From an uncultured bacterium (GTDB lineage Bacteria > Verrucomicrobiota > Verrucomicrobiia > Verrucomicrobiales > DEV007), in the NCBI GenBank assembly GCA_963977015.1, contig CAXBMO010000006.1, positions 256,001 through 320,000 of the forward strand: 64,000 bases of DNA. Direction: 5' to 3'. Below the pieces are notes generated by a model, which did not search any database, had not been told where the DNA came from, and worked only from the letters and a program-made list of their open reading frames with translations. Shown in pieces: positions 37,399 to 48,145 of the stretch (positions are counted from its first letter, which is position 1; each line of letters starts with the position of its first letter). The translations under genes were made by a program, and so were the position numbers.

Positions 37399-39558
37399 AT
37401 GACACTTACCCCTTCACTCTTTGGTGCCCTCTTCCTTTCCGTTTTCCTGTTGGCCGTTCCGGCGCAAGCCGCTGATCCGCTGATCCCCAATCCGGACTTT
37501 GAGACCGATGCCGACGGAGATGGTTGGCCGGATCACTGGGCCGAGGTGAAGACCGGTGGAAGCTGGGAGAGGGAAGGGGAGAACCGCTTTTTGCGCCTGA
37601 GCAGCCCGGAGCCGGATTCGACGATCATGCTCTATCAGGAGGTTCGTCTTCCCGATGAGGTGAAGGCGATTGAAATGACTTGGAAACAGCGGGTTACGGG
37701 CCTGGAACGCGGCAAGAACTCGTGGTTCGACGCGCGCATCATGATGGAGTTTCTGGATGCGGACCGCAAGAAGGTGACTCCGTCGCCGCCGACTCCGAAT
37801 TCAGGGAAGGACACCGATGGTTGGGTCGAAAAACAGGTCACGTTTCTCGTTCCGGAGAACGCTCACACTCTCAAGTTCATGCCCAGCCTGTTGCAGGTCA
37901 AAGCGGGCACGTTTGATCTCGACGATCTGGTCCTGAAATCGGTCGACCCGCAACCACTGATCGAAGCTGCGGAGACGAAGAAGCGCGAGGCGCTCGCGAA
38001 AAAACATGCCAGCGGCGCGAAGCAGCTTGCGGAGCATGGCTCGTTGATTCCGGGTTGGGATCACGAAGGACGTTATGCGGGAAAGAAGCAGATCGCCGAG
38101 GAAGACGGGAACCACTATCTCAAGTTGGTGAGTTCGGAGCCGGGAAAGATGGTGACGGATTACCGGTTGGTGGATTTGCCCGCGGATGTGAAAGCCCTGG
38201 AGCTGAGCTGGAAGCAGCGGGTGACGGGGTTGAAGAAAGGCGAGAAGCCGTGGAACGACGCCCGCATCATGCTGGAGTGGAAAGATGTGTGGGGCAAAAA
38301 AGTCAGCGGCAGCCCGTCCCCGCCTTACACCCAGAAGGACACCGACGGTTGGGTGGAAAAGACCAAGAGTTTTCTCGTGCCGGAAGACGCCGCCACGCTG
38401 GTGTTCATGCCGACGCTCTTCAACGTGGCGGCAGGAACCTACGAGCTGGATGACTTCATGCTCAAGCCGGTCGATCCGGCGCCATTGCTTGCCGCCAAAT
38501 CGGAGCGGGATCGTCAGATCGAGGCGCGCCACGTTCCGGATGAGGAGCCTGACCAGAGCAAATGGCCGCAGATGCTGAAAGTTGCCGGAAACAAGGTGCT
38601 CGATGCCGATGGGAATGAGTTCTGGCTTCAAGGCGTCAACGCGGGCGGTTTGGAGACGCTGCCATTCGATCAACAAGTCGTGAAGTCCGTCGTTGTCGCG
38701 ATCGACGATTGGAACGCGAATTGCATCCGGCTGCCGGTGGTTGAATCGTTTTGGTGGGGCGAAAGCGCGTATCAGGAGGACAAGGGTGAAGGTTACCGGA
38801 AGCTCATCGACAAGATCGTGACCCTGGCCGCGAATCGCGGGGCCTATGTCGCGATCGATCTGCACCGTTATCGCGCCCCCAAGCCGATCCACGCCGATTT
38901 CTGGAAGGAATGCGCCGAAGTCTACAAGGATCACCCGGCCGTGTTGTTCGATATCTACAACGAGCCGCATGGCATCTCGTGGGAAGTCTGGCAAAAGGGC
39001 GGCTTTGTCGGGACGAAGAAGGATGCGGACGAAGCGGCGTTTCTCTCGGACGAGGAGAAGAAGAAAAACCAGGGCTTCGAATCGGTCGGCATGCAGGGGC
39101 TGGTCGATGCCGTGCGCTCGACCGGAGCGAAGAACATCATTATCGCGGGCGGCACGTTTTACTGCAACAACCTGAGCGGAATCGTGGAAGGCTACGCGCT
39201 CGATGACAAGGGCGGAAACGGCATCATGTATTCCTGGCACAACTACTGGTGGCACACGGGTTGGGAGAAGATTCTGCCAGTCGCCGAGAAGCATCCGATT
39301 TTCCTCGGTGAAGTGGGTGCGGACATCAAAAAGATGAGTTTTATCCCGGCTGAAAACCAGGAAGATCCCTACACCTGGGTGCCGGACATGCTCGGCTTTA
39401 TCCAGAAGTACCATCTCCACTGGACGGGTTGGTGTTTCCACACCAGCGCGAGCCCGCGAATGCTGCTGGACTGGGACTACACCCCCACGCCGTTCTGGGG
39501 CGCCTTTGCGAAGGAAGCGTTGAACGGTAAGCAGTTTGAACTGGAGAAAATGCGGTAA
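37399..39558 (+). CDS. GH5-type glycoside hydrolase with two tandem CBM-like domains
   Basis: [40 protein letters not shown]; duplicated WKQRVTGL..G...W.DARIM module. Confidence 0.88.
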   Translation: MTLTPSLFGALFLSVFLLAVPAQAADPLIPNPDFETDADGDGWPDHWAEVKTGGSWEREGENRFLRLSSPEPDSTIMLYQEVRLPDEVKAIEMTWKQRVTGLERGKNSWFDARIMMEFLDADRKKVTPSPPTPNSGKDTDGWVEKQVTFLVPENAHTLKFMPSLLQVKAGTFDLDDLVLKSVDPQPLIEAAETKKREALAKKHASGAKQLAEHGSLIPGWDHEGRYAGKKQIAEEDGNHYLKLVSSEPGKMVTDYRLVDLPADVKALELSWKQRVTGLKKGEKPWNDARIMLEWKDVWGKKVSGSPSPPYTQKDTDGWVEKTKSFLVPEDAATLVFMPTLFNVAAGTYELDDFMLKPVDPAPLLAAKSERDRQIEARHVPDEEPDQSKWPQMLKVAGNKVLDADGNEFWLQGVNAGGLETLPFDQQVVKSVVVAIDDWNANCIRLPVVESFWWGESAYQEDKGEGYRKLIDKIVTLAANRGAYVAIDLHRYRAPKPIHADFWKECAEVYKDHPAVLFDIYNEPHGISWEVWQKGGFVGTKKDADEAAFLSDEEKKKNQGFESVGMQGLVDAVRSTGAKNIIIAGGTFYCNNLSGIVEGYALDDKGGNGIMYSWHNYWWHTGWEKILPVAEKHPIFLGEVGADIKKMSFIPAENQEDPYTWVPDMLGFIQKYHLHWTGWCFHTSASPRMLLDWDYTPTPFWGAFAKEALNGKQFELEKMR

Positions 39559-39692
39559 TTCGCAGCTGTCCGTCCACGGTTTGACGTGGCGGGGTGAACC
39601 CTAACCGAAAAAGATTGAGCATCTTGGTCATGGGCGCTATCCAACAGGCTCCGTTGCGACCGAAATCATTCAGTCCACCGGTCCCAAATCCC

Positions 39693-41654
39693 ATGAGGCC
39701 AACCTCAAACCCCAAACTGCCGGCGTTTCTTGCGTTGGTTCCATTCGTTCTCGCGGTGTTGTGTCCATCCCTGTTTTCGGCTCAGGATGAGAAGCCGGAG
39801 CCGATTGATGGCTACCACGAGTTCAACTATGGAAAAGGAAAGGAGGGAGCGAAGAATTGGGTGCAGGCGATTCGAGTCACCGAGCCCGAGCTGCGTTCCA
39901 CGATTGAGGGAGAGGTGAAAGTCGTGTTTCAAGCGAAGTGGATGACGGAGGCGACGGCGTTTTGTTGGCAACAACCGGATGAATCCGGGGACGCGTCGAA
40001 TGCGTGGGGCCACGATGTCGAGATTACGCCCGGCGGGATCGAGCTTGATCCGGAAGGGAACGGTTCGTTCGTGTTTCCAGCGGATGAATTCCCGAATGGG
40101 CCGATCAATGTTCGCATCTTGGCGAGAAACGAGGAGGGGAAGAAGGACATCTTTGAGCTGCAGCTCTTTAACCAGGGAGGTGTCCGCTGGAATCAGGGCG
40201 CGCCCGAACGCACGCCGCCCGCTGCGAAGGGGATGGACCTGATTTTCGCCGACGACTTTGACGGCGATCTCTCGATTTCCAATGATGGACGTGGCGCGAC
40301 CTACATGGCGCACAAGCCCGGTGGCGGCGACTTCAGCGGATGGCAGTTTTCCAATGTGTTGGGCGAGGGGAAACCGTTCGATCAAACGGGAACCTGGCTG
40401 AAGATCGCCGCGCGCAAGGATGAGCAGTCGCCCAAGGGGCGTAGCGGGATCATCGCTTCCGTGGATCGGGACTTTAGCGGCGTGTGGGCGAAACCTCCCT
40501 GCTATCTGGAGTGCCGGTTCACCGCGCAATCCGCGATCGGCACCTGGCCCGCGTTTTGGACGCTGGCGTTTGGCGAGCGCGGGACCGATGAGCTGGATAT
40601 TGTGGAAGCCTACGGCGGCAAAGGCCCGGGCAATCCCAATCATCCCGGTTATTCCATCGTGAGCCATTTCTGGCGCCAATATGAAGCGGATGGAAGCAAA
40701 AAGAAGGGTTTCAGCACCAGGGCGGACATCATGAACTTGGGCGGAAAGTCCTACTGGTCGACCACGTTTCACACCTATGGCGTCTTCATTGGTCTCGAGG
40801 AAACGGTCTACTATTTTGACGACATCGAGGTTCTCCGTCATCCCACCAATGTCTCTTCGCTCAGTCCGCATTTCTTCCTGATCAATCTGGCGATTGGCGG
40901 AATCAGTGGGTGGCCGATTGATCTGGCGCGTTACGATGAAGGGTCGGACATGTGGGTCGACTACGTGAGAGTGTATGCGAAGGAGCGGGTGCCGGACGGC
41001 TTCCGTCCCGACCGCAGTCCCAAGCCGCATCTCACCTCGAAGGGCGTGGGGTTGAGCTTCGCGGTTAACGGGGATGGCAGCACGGAGCTGCAACCGGAGG
41101 ACGTTGTCGGCGCCGATGGGTTTTCGCAGCGTTTCTGGCAGAATCTCCCCGGTCCCAACGGCGCGGTCGCGGAACTCCACGACAGCGTGAACGATCCCGT
41201 TTCGGGCATGGCGGTCAAGTGGTGGGTTCCCGAAGGCGATCACGCCTGGCGCTCGAGCAAGGGCCGGGATTGGGGCTTCAAAGGCGCGAATCAAACGATG
41301 CAACTCGGCCACGTTTCGCTGGGCGGTAGCCTGGAAGTGACCGGAGTTCCCTATCCCAACTACGACGTGGTTGTCTACACCGGTGCCGGAGATAACTGGG
41401 GAGCTGGGTCGGTCACCATTTCCTCCCCGGACAAGACCGGCGTCGATCCGGACGCCACGCACTTTTACAAAATCGGCTGGTTGAAGGGCAAGTTCGTCCT
41501 GTCTGAGGCAACGTCGCTGGAATCCGCGGAGAACTCGAATGGAGTGGTCTTTCGCGGGAACACGGCGGACTCGTTTCGATTAGACTGGACCGGCGATCTC
41601 GCCAACGGACAGACGGGGGTGACGGGATTGCAAATCGTCGCCCGCCCCGAATAG
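39693..41654 (+). CDS. GH16-family glycoside hydrolase with extra domains
   Basis: IFADDFDG, GTWPAFW, ELDIVE, FHTYG, LINLAIGG, VDYVRVY. Confidence 0.85.
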   Translation: MRPTSNPKLPAFLALVPFVLAVLCPSLFSAQDEKPEPIDGYHEFNYGKGKEGAKNWVQAIRVTEPELRSTIEGEVKVVFQAKWMTEATAFCWQQPDESGDASNAWGHDVEITPGGIELDPEGNGSFVFPADEFPNGPINVRILARNEEGKKDIFELQLFNQGGVRWNQGAPERTPPAAKGMDLIFADDFDGDLSISNDGRGATYMAHKPGGGDFSGWQFSNVLGEGKPFDQTGTWLKIAARKDEQSPKGRSGIIASVDRDFSGVWAKPPCYLECRFTAQSAIGTWPAFWTLAFGERGTDELDIVEAYGGKGPGNPNHPGYSIVSHFWRQYEADGSKKKGFSTRADIMNLGGKSYWSTTFHTYGVFIGLEETVYYFDDIEVLRHPTNVSSLSPHFFLINLAIGGISGWPIDLARYDEGSDMWVDYVRVYAKERVPDGFRPDRSPKPHLTSKGVGLSFAVNGDGSTELQPEDVVGADGFSQRFWQNLPGPNGAVAELHDSVNDPVSGMAVKWWVPEGDHAWRSSKGRDWGFKGANQTMQLGHVSLGGSLEVTGVPYPNYDVVVYTGAGDNWGAGSVTISSPDKTGVDPDATHFYKIGWLKGKFVLSEATSLESAENSNGVVFRGNTADSFRLDWTGDLANGQTGVTGLQIVARPE

Positions 41655-41692
41655 TCAGTTTCTCCAATCCCCGTTTCCAACTACCAATCCCT

Positions 41693-42484
41693 ATGCACCA
41701 AATTCGTTTCCTGACGTTTCTCACCATTGCGGCGTTGCTGACCCCGATCCTCGGATTGGCTCAAGAAGACGCAACGCCTCCTCCTTCTTCCGCTGAATCG
41801 GTCACCAGTTCGCAAGAAGAAGTGACGACCGGGGGCGCGTTTTTGCTGAAGCTCAAACAAGGCGGCGGCACCATGATCATGTTGCTGCTTTGTTCGATTG
41901 TCAGTGTGGCTTGCACCGCAGAACGCGTCGCCCGGCAACGCAAGGAGCGCATCGCTCCGGACGGCGTTTCGGAACGGGTCGCGAAGCTGTGGGACGAGCA
42001 GAAATTTGCCGAGATCGAAGCATTGGGGGCGGAACAACCCAGCACGCTCACCCGGATGCTGGCTGCGGTCGCGCGCTTCCGCGAAAGTGGCGTGGAACGT
42101 GTCTCAACCATCACCGGAGACATTGCCTCGCGCGATTTGAAGCGGCATGTTCAAGCTGCGTTTCCGCTGGCGGTGGTGGCGACCCTGGCACCGTTGCTGG
42201 GACTGTTCGGAACCGTGCTCGGGATGATCGGCGCGTTCGACAAGATCGCGTTGATGGGGGAATTGGCCAATCCCTCCGCGTTTGGCGGCGACATCGGCAA
42301 AGCGCTCATCACGACCGGAGCGGGCCTCGCCGTGGCCATCGCGTCCTTGGCGCTCTATCACTTTTTCAAAAGCCGTGTCGGGATCTACAGCGTCGAACTT
42401 GAGGAACAGGTCAGCGAATTGATTTCGGATTGGTTCGACAAACCTGCGAATTCGAAGGCGAAGGGAGACCGCGATGCGAATTGA
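41693..42484 (+). CDS. exbB: MotA/TolQ/ExbB proton channel protein
   Basis: APLLGLFGTVLGMIGAF, IGKALITTGAGLAVAI. Confidence 0.9.
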   Translation: MHQIRFLTFLTIAALLTPILGLAQEDATPPPSSAESVTSSQEEVTTGGAFLLKLKQGGGTMIMLLLCSIVSVACTAERVARQRKERIAPDGVSERVAKLWDEQKFAEIEALGAEQPSTLTRMLAAVARFRESGVERVSTITGDIASRDLKRHVQAAFPLAVVATLAPLLGLFGTVLGMIGAFDKIALMGELANPSAFGGDIGKALITTGAGLAVAIASLALYHFFKSRVGIYSVELEEQVSELISDWFDKPANSKAKGDRDAN

Positions 42485-42881
42485 TCTGAACGACGACGAC
42501 GGCATTGAGGTGCAGATGGCGCCGTTGATCGATTGCGTGTTTTTGCTCCTGGTCTTTTTCCTCGTCGCAACCACGCTCAAGAAGATCGAGCAAGAGGTGC
42601 CGCTGGATCTGCCGGAAGCGGAACTGGCGGCGCGTGAAGTGCCGCAGAACGACATTCTCACGGTTTCGGTCGATGCGGAGGGGAAGTTGTATCTCGGGGC
42701 CGATCCGGTCACGAGCGGCATGGTGTTCGAGCGGTTCAAGGCGGCTGCGGCTGAGGATCCCGGGCAACCGGTTCGTCTCAACGCGGATCGCGCCGCGCCC
42801 TGGGCGTCGATTCTCGAGGTGCTGGAATTGGCGAAGTTTGAGGGACTGACGAACATCCGGCCCGGAACGAAAAATGAGTGA
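42474..42881 (+). CDS. exbD: ExbD/TolR family protein
   Basis: MAPLIDCVFLLLVFFLV; VRLNADRAAPW. Confidence 0.9.
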   Translation: MRIDLNDDDGIEVQMAPLIDCVFLLLVFFLVATTLKKIEQEVPLDLPEAELAAREVPQNDILTVSVDAEGKLYLGADPVTSGMVFERFKAAAAEDPGQPVRLNADRAAPWASILEVLELAKFEGLTNIRPGTKNE

Positions 42882-45018
42882 TTCGCCGCAGAACACGAAA
42901 GCCGGACGCCGGAATTGGTACGGATTGTCACTCCTGCTTCACGTCGTCGCCGTCCTGGCGTTGATCTTTCTCACGCCGATCCGGAAGGTGTTTCTGGAAG
43001 AATTCGAGTCCGGTGGCGGCTCGAAATCCAAACCGAGCATGAGTTCCAAAGAGCTAAGCCAACTGGCGGAGCGGCTTGAGGAAATTTCGGAGGAACACAT
43101 CGAGCGCAACGTGGAGGCAATGCAGGAGCTGCTGAAGCAGATGCAGGAACTCAACGATGCGGAGTTCGAGGAATTCGTCGTGTTCGAGCATTCACAGATC
43201 GAGCGGACTCCCGAGATCGTCGAGGACAATTTGAAGGAGGCGTTGGAGGCGATGCAGCAGGCCGAAGAGCTGCTCAAAAAGAACGATTACTCGACCGCGA
43301 TTACCCAACAGGCGTTGGCGGAATCGCATCAGAAGTCAATCCAGGACCGGCTCGAACTGGTGCAGGCATCCCAGGAAGTTCAGCAGGCGCAGGAGGAAGC
43401 GGCTGAGGTTCAAAAGCAGGCGATTGAAGCCGCCGCAGAGGCGAAGAAGGCGCGGTCCGAGATTGGGTCACTCGAATACCATTTGCGATATCCAACCAGC
43501 CAGATTCCGCTCTTGGAAGAGCGTGTTTCCAAGGCGCAGGAATCGGTCAAGAATGCGGAACAACGACACGAGGAGAGCCAGGCCAAGTTGAACGAGGTGC
43601 AGCAGGATCTCGCCAGCGTCAAAGCCGAGACGGATGATGCGAAGAAGATCAAGCGCGAGGAAACCCGGCTTGCCTACGCGACCAAAGCTGTCGAGCGAAC
43701 GGAAAAACAACTTGCCAGCAGTGAGGCCGCCTTGGAGAAATATATCGAACGGCTCACCGCCACCAAAACCAAGGTGACGGAATTGACCAAGGCGAAAGCC
43801 GAGCAGGAACAGGTTGCCAATTCTGCTCATCAAACCGCCACCGAAAAGCAGGCCAAGGCGATTGAGCTTCAATCCGGCGTCGTCGAAAAGATCCAAGAGG
43901 ACGTGGCGAAGCGGGTCGCCGAATTGCAATCCGAACTGGGCCCGGATGAAACCGTGCAGGCGGAGTTGGTCGAGGCAACCGCGGTACCCGATATCGCCGA
44001 AATGAGCGTGTTGGAATTGTACAACGCGGCGACGGCGGTGGAGCAGCAACTCGCCGAGAAGTTCCGCCAGGGGCGCGCGATGCAGTTGTCGATTTTGCAG
44101 GATGTTCCCTTCAACGCCGCGTTGGAAGCGGTCGATCTCGTCGTTCCCGTGCGTCCCGAGATTTCCGGCGACGTCATGACCTCGGACGCGCGAAATGCGG
44201 AACAATTGGAGGCCAAAAAGGAAGCCGTTCGCAAGGCGATGGCGGAAACCGGTTCCATGGTCGCGTTGGGACATTCCCTGCTCGGTCAAGCCATTCAGGC
44301 GCGTCAGGGCGACGGCGGAATCGGAGCCGGGAAGATCTCGTTGGCCGCAATTCAGGCACGATCGACGCAAATGCAACAACTCGAATCGCTCGCCAATCAG
44401 GAAACGAGCGGCAAAGCCGTCGATGTGTCCCAGGCGATGATGGCCGGACTGGATGGCGTCAACATTCCGGCTGCGGTACCGGTTGACGCGCCGGTCGTTG
44501 AAAAAACGATCCTGCCCAGCTTTGGCCGCAAAGTCGGGGCAAGCGGCGAAGGGGCGGAGTGGATGGCGGTGACGGATTGGTATCTTCTCGGACCGTTCGA
44601 CAACACCGGCCGCGCCAACATCGACCGCGTTTTTCCGCCGGAAAGCCTCGTCGACCTCAACGCCGTTTACCTTGGCAAAGGCGACCGGACGATCCGCTGG
44701 ACCTTCACCACCGCGATCGACAAGCTCGGCCAGTCGCGTCCTGCCAACTGGGAAAGTTACGGGATTTGGTATGCCTACACGGAACTGAAATTCGACAAAC
44801 CCTGCGATCTCTGGATTTCGATGGGCTCCGACGACAAAGGCCAGGTGTGGATCAACGACGTTCCCGTCTGGATTTCCGCCAGCCATCACAAAATCTGGCA
44901 TCCCGGCGAGGCGCAGCGCCGCGTCCATTTCGAGAAAGGGCGAAACCGCGTCCTTTTCCGCGTTGAGAACGGGCAGCACGGAATGGGGTTCTCGTTTTGG
45001 GTGAAGCTGGAGGAGTAG
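42874..45018 (+). CDS. TonB/TolA-like anchored coiled-coil protein with PA14-like C-terminal domain (paralog of 20239-22677)
   Basis: TM LSLLLHVVAV (S-x3-H), long A/E/Q/K coiled coil, WYLLGPF...YAYT...SDD...WIND...NRVLFRVENG. Confidence 0.75.
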   Translation: MSDSPQNTKAGRRNWYGLSLLLHVVAVLALIFLTPIRKVFLEEFESGGGSKSKPSMSSKELSQLAERLEEISEEHIERNVEAMQELLKQMQELNDAEFEEFVVFEHSQIERTPEIVEDNLKEALEAMQQAEELLKKNDYSTAITQQALAESHQKSIQDRLELVQASQEVQQAQEEAAEVQKQAIEAAAEAKKARSEIGSLEYHLRYPTSQIPLLEERVSKAQESVKNAEQRHEESQAKLNEVQQDLASVKAETDDAKKIKREETRLAYATKAVERTEKQLASSEAALEKYIERLTATKTKVTELTKAKAEQEQVANSAHQTATEKQAKAIELQSGVVEKIQEDVAKRVAELQSELGPDETVQAELVEATAVPDIAEMSVLELYNAATAVEQQLAEKFRQGRAMQLSILQDVPFNAALEAVDLVVPVRPEISGDVMTSDARNAEQLEAKKEAVRKAMAETGSMVALGHSLLGQAIQARQGDGGIGAGKISLAAIQARSTQMQQLESLANQETSGKAVDVSQAMMAGLDGVNIPAAVPVDAPVVEKTILPSFGRKVGASGEGAEWMAVTDWYLLGPFDNTGRANIDRVFPPESLVDLNAVYLGKGDRTIRWTFTTAIDKLGQSRPANWESYGIWYAYTELKFDKPCDLWISMGSDDKGQVWINDVPVWISASHHKIWHPGEAQRRVHFEKGRNRVLFRVENGQHGMGFSFWVKLEE

Positions 45019-45084
45019 GCGGCTGGCGTGACCGGTTGAAGTTTTGGTTTTGACTGCCGGTTTTCCTGCTTAGAGTCGGCGAGT

Positions 45085-45953
45085 ATGAAAACCCCATTCG
45101 TCTTGTCTTTCGTCCTGTTTTTGGTTGGCGCCATTCCGAGCGCGATGGCGCAGAACGCGCCGCGCGTGGAAAAGGACATCGAGTTCGCCAACGTCGATAA
45201 CCATAGTCTCAAGTTCGATCTCTATCTTCCGGCCGGTGTCGAAAATCCACCCTTGGTCATTTGGATTCACGGAGGTGGCTGGCGCGGAGGGAACAAGGCA
45301 AAGTGTGGGGTGAAATGGGTGACCGATCACGGATTCGCCCTGGCATCCATTTCCTATCGGTTGACCGACAAGGCGATCTTCCCAGCGCAGATTCACGACT
45401 GCAAGGGCGCGGTTCGCTGGCTCCGGGCGAATGCCGAAACGTATGGCTACAGTGTGGAGAAGATCGCGGTTGCGGGAAGCAGCGCCGGAGGCCATCTCGC
45501 GGCTTTGTTGGGGACGACGGGTGATGTGGAGATGTTGGAAGGAGACGTGGGCGGCAACCTGAACCAATCCTCCCGGGTCGATGCCATTGTGGACTACTAT
45601 GGCGCATCCGATTTCATTCAGCGGACGAAGTCTCAACCTCACAAGACGATCAAAGAAGGCTCGATCGTGAATTTGCTGCTCGGTGGTCCCGCGGATCAGC
45701 GGGTGGAATTGGCCCGGCTCGCATCATCGGCCTTTCACGTCACGCCCGACGATCCTCCATTGCTGATGATACACGGAGGGAAGGACAACAAGGTGTTCCG
45801 GCCCAATCGGAGCGCTTGCTTGCGGTTTACCAGGAGGCTGGTTTGCCGGTGGCGTTGCACGTTCTCGAGGAATCCGGCCATGGCGGAGATGAATTCTATG
45901 CAGGCGAGCCAAAGACCTGGGTGCTGGAGTTTTTGCGAACGCATTTGAAGTGA
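45085..45953 (+). pseudogene. Alpha/beta-hydrolase esterase, frameshifted near 45795
   Basis: IHGGGW, GSSAGGHL, IHGGKD; shifted frame continues VPAQSERL...ESGHGG...EFLRTHLK* to 45953. Confidence 0.82.
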
Positions 45954-46009
45954 GACTCTGAAGGAGTCGAGCGTCCTTGCCCTGTTCCCGTTCTGCCAAC
46001 CCCACAACC

Positions 46010-48094
46010 ATGTTCCCAAACTCAGGTTTTCCATTTTCCTCGCTTCGCCGCTTCCTGTTTCTTCACGTCTGCTTCATCGGGTTCCTCACACCATCGTATG
46101 CGGAATTGACCCGGTTTGAGATCGTCACGCGGGAGGATTTTGCGGAAGGACAGGAATTTGGGAAAACCGGACCCTACGAACGCATCGTGGGCCGGGCCTA
46201 CTATGAGATCGATCCGGAGGACGGGGCCAACGCGGCGGTGGTGGATCTCGATCTGGCCCCGCAGAACGAGCGCGGAAAAGTCGAGCTGAGCGCCGACCTG
46301 TTCATGCTCTCGCCGAAAGATCCCGGCAAGGGAAATGGCGCGCTGCTCTACGACGTGAACAATCGCGGAAACAAGCTGGCGCTGGGAACGTTCTGCCGGG
46401 CGGCAAGGACGAATGATCCGAAGACCGGGAAGCACGCCGGCGACGGATTCCTGTTTCGTGAGGGCTTTACGATGGTGTGGAGCGGTTGGGATGGAGAGCT
46501 TCTTCCCGGCGGGGATCGCCTGCGTTTGTTTCCACCACTGGCCAGCGAATCGGAGGAACCGGTCACGGGCTTGGTGCGCTGCGAGATCGTTCCCAACTCC
46601 GTCACCACACGAACGGTGATCAATTGGGCGAACCATGGTTCCTACCGGCCCACGCAAAAGGGACTTGAAACGGCGACCCTGACGGAGCGTCTCCTGCCGC
46701 AACATCCACGCGTGCCGATTTCGCGCGACCAATGGGAACTGATCGCCACCGAGACGCCGGGCGCGGAGCTGTCGCAACTGCCGAAGGTCGAGCTGGAGTT
46801 TCCTGCCGGACTGAAGAAGGCGCACATCTACGAGTTGATTTACGAGGCAAAGGATCCCGTGATCATGGGAACCGGGTTCCCTGCGGTGCGCGATCTGATT
46901 TCGGCCTTGCGGAACGGGACGGGCGCGGGCAATCCGGTCCCGCCAATCGAACGCACCTACGGTTTCGGCGTTTCCCAGAGTGGCCGTTTTCTCCGCGAAT
47001 TCGTTCATGGAGGCTTCAATGCTGATGAGGCGGGACGCAGGGTGTTCGACGGCATCATTCCTCATGTGTCGGGCGGAGGGATGGGCTGTTTCAACTTCCG
47101 ATTTGCCCAGCCCACTCGGCACGCCGGGCAACACGATCATCATGATTACCCTCCCGATCGCTTTCCGTTCGCCTACGAAACGCAGACCGATCCCTTGTCC
47201 GGACAAACCGACGGAATCCTGAAGCGGGCGACCGAAAGTGGTACCGCGCCGCTGGTGTTTCATACCCAGTCCAGCTCGGAATTCTGGAACCGGAGCGGCT
47301 CCCTTGTGTTCACGGATCCCCTCGGTGAACGCGATGCCGATGTGCCTGACAATGTCAGAATTTATTTCTTCGGCGGAACGCAGCATGGGCCGAGCAGTTT
47401 TCCACCGAGCAAGGGCGGCGGTCAGACGATGGGGAATCCAGCCGACTACAAACCCTTCCTTCGCGCCCTGTTGGTGGCCCTGGATCGGTGGAACGCGACG
47501 GGCGAGGAACCGCCGCCGAGTCAGTATCCAACAATCCGCGAAGGCGATCTGGTGGCCTGGACGCAGAACGCGACCGGCTTTCCCGCGATTCCCGGCATCA
47601 CCTATCCTCGCGTGATTCAGCAACCGTCGTTTCTCGATTTCGGTCCGCGTTGGTTGGACCAGCGGATTCAGGATCGACAACCGCCACTGCCTCGTGGCGA
47701 CTATCAGGTGCGGGTGCCGAGAAGTGATGCCGACGGAAACGACGTTGGTTGCCTTCGCTCTCCCGAGGTGGCGGTGCCGGTGGCCACCTACACAAGCTGG
47801 CGGCTTCGGAGCGAGGAAGCGGGGGCGGGGAATGAACTGCTGAGCCTAAGCGGATCCTACATTCCGTTTCCAAAAACGAAGGACGAACGCGAGCAGAGTG
47901 GCGACCCCCGTTTGTCGGTCGAGGAACGATATGAATCGCTCGAAGGCTACCTGGCGAAACTGGAAGCGCAATGTCGCGAATACGAGAGAGCGGGGTTCCT
48001 CCTTGGCGAGGATGTGCCGCAGATCGTGGAGACGCAGCGGAAGCGGGTGGCGACGTTGTTCGAGCCCATGGAAGTGGAGGCGGCGGGAAATTAG
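46010..48094 (+). CDS. Secreted alpha/beta hydrolase domain protein
   Basis: GPYERIVG, DVNNRG, WSGWDG, FGVSQSGRFLR, GTQH, DGNDVG. Confidence 0.8.
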   Translation: MFPNSGFPFSSLRRFLFLHVCFIGFLTPSYAELTRFEIVTREDFAEGQEFGKTGPYERIVGRAYYEIDPEDGANAAVVDLDLAPQNERGKVELSADLFMLSPKDPGKGNGALLYDVNNRGNKLALGTFCRAARTNDPKTGKHAGDGFLFREGFTMVWSGWDGELLPGGDRLRLFPPLASESEEPVTGLVRCEIVPNSVTTRTVINWANHGSYRPTQKGLETATLTERLLPQHPRVPISRDQWELIATETPGAELSQLPKVELEFPAGLKKAHIYELIYEAKDPVIMGTGFPAVRDLISALRNGTGAGNPVPPIERTYGFGVSQSGRFLREFVHGGFNADEAGRRVFDGIIPHVSGGGMGCFNFRFAQPTRHAGQHDHHDYPPDRFPFAYETQTDPLSGQTDGILKRATESGTAPLVFHTQSSSEFWNRSGSLVFTDPLGERDADVPDNVRIYFFGGTQHGPSSFPPSKGGGQTMGNPADYKPFLRALLVALDRWNATGEEPPPSQYPTIREGDLVAWTQNATGFPAIPGITYPRVIQQPSFLDFGPRWLDQRIQDRQPPLPRGDYQVRVPRSDADGNDVGCLRSPEVAVPVATYTSWRLRSEEAGAGNELLSLSGSYIPFPKTKDEREQSGDPRLSVEERYESLEGYLAKLEAQCREYERAGFLLGEDVPQIVETQRKRVATLFEPMEVEAAGN

Positions 48095-48145
48095 GACGGT
48101 CTTAGCGATCATTCCACCGGGCCAGTTGCAAAGTTAGTAGGAAGT

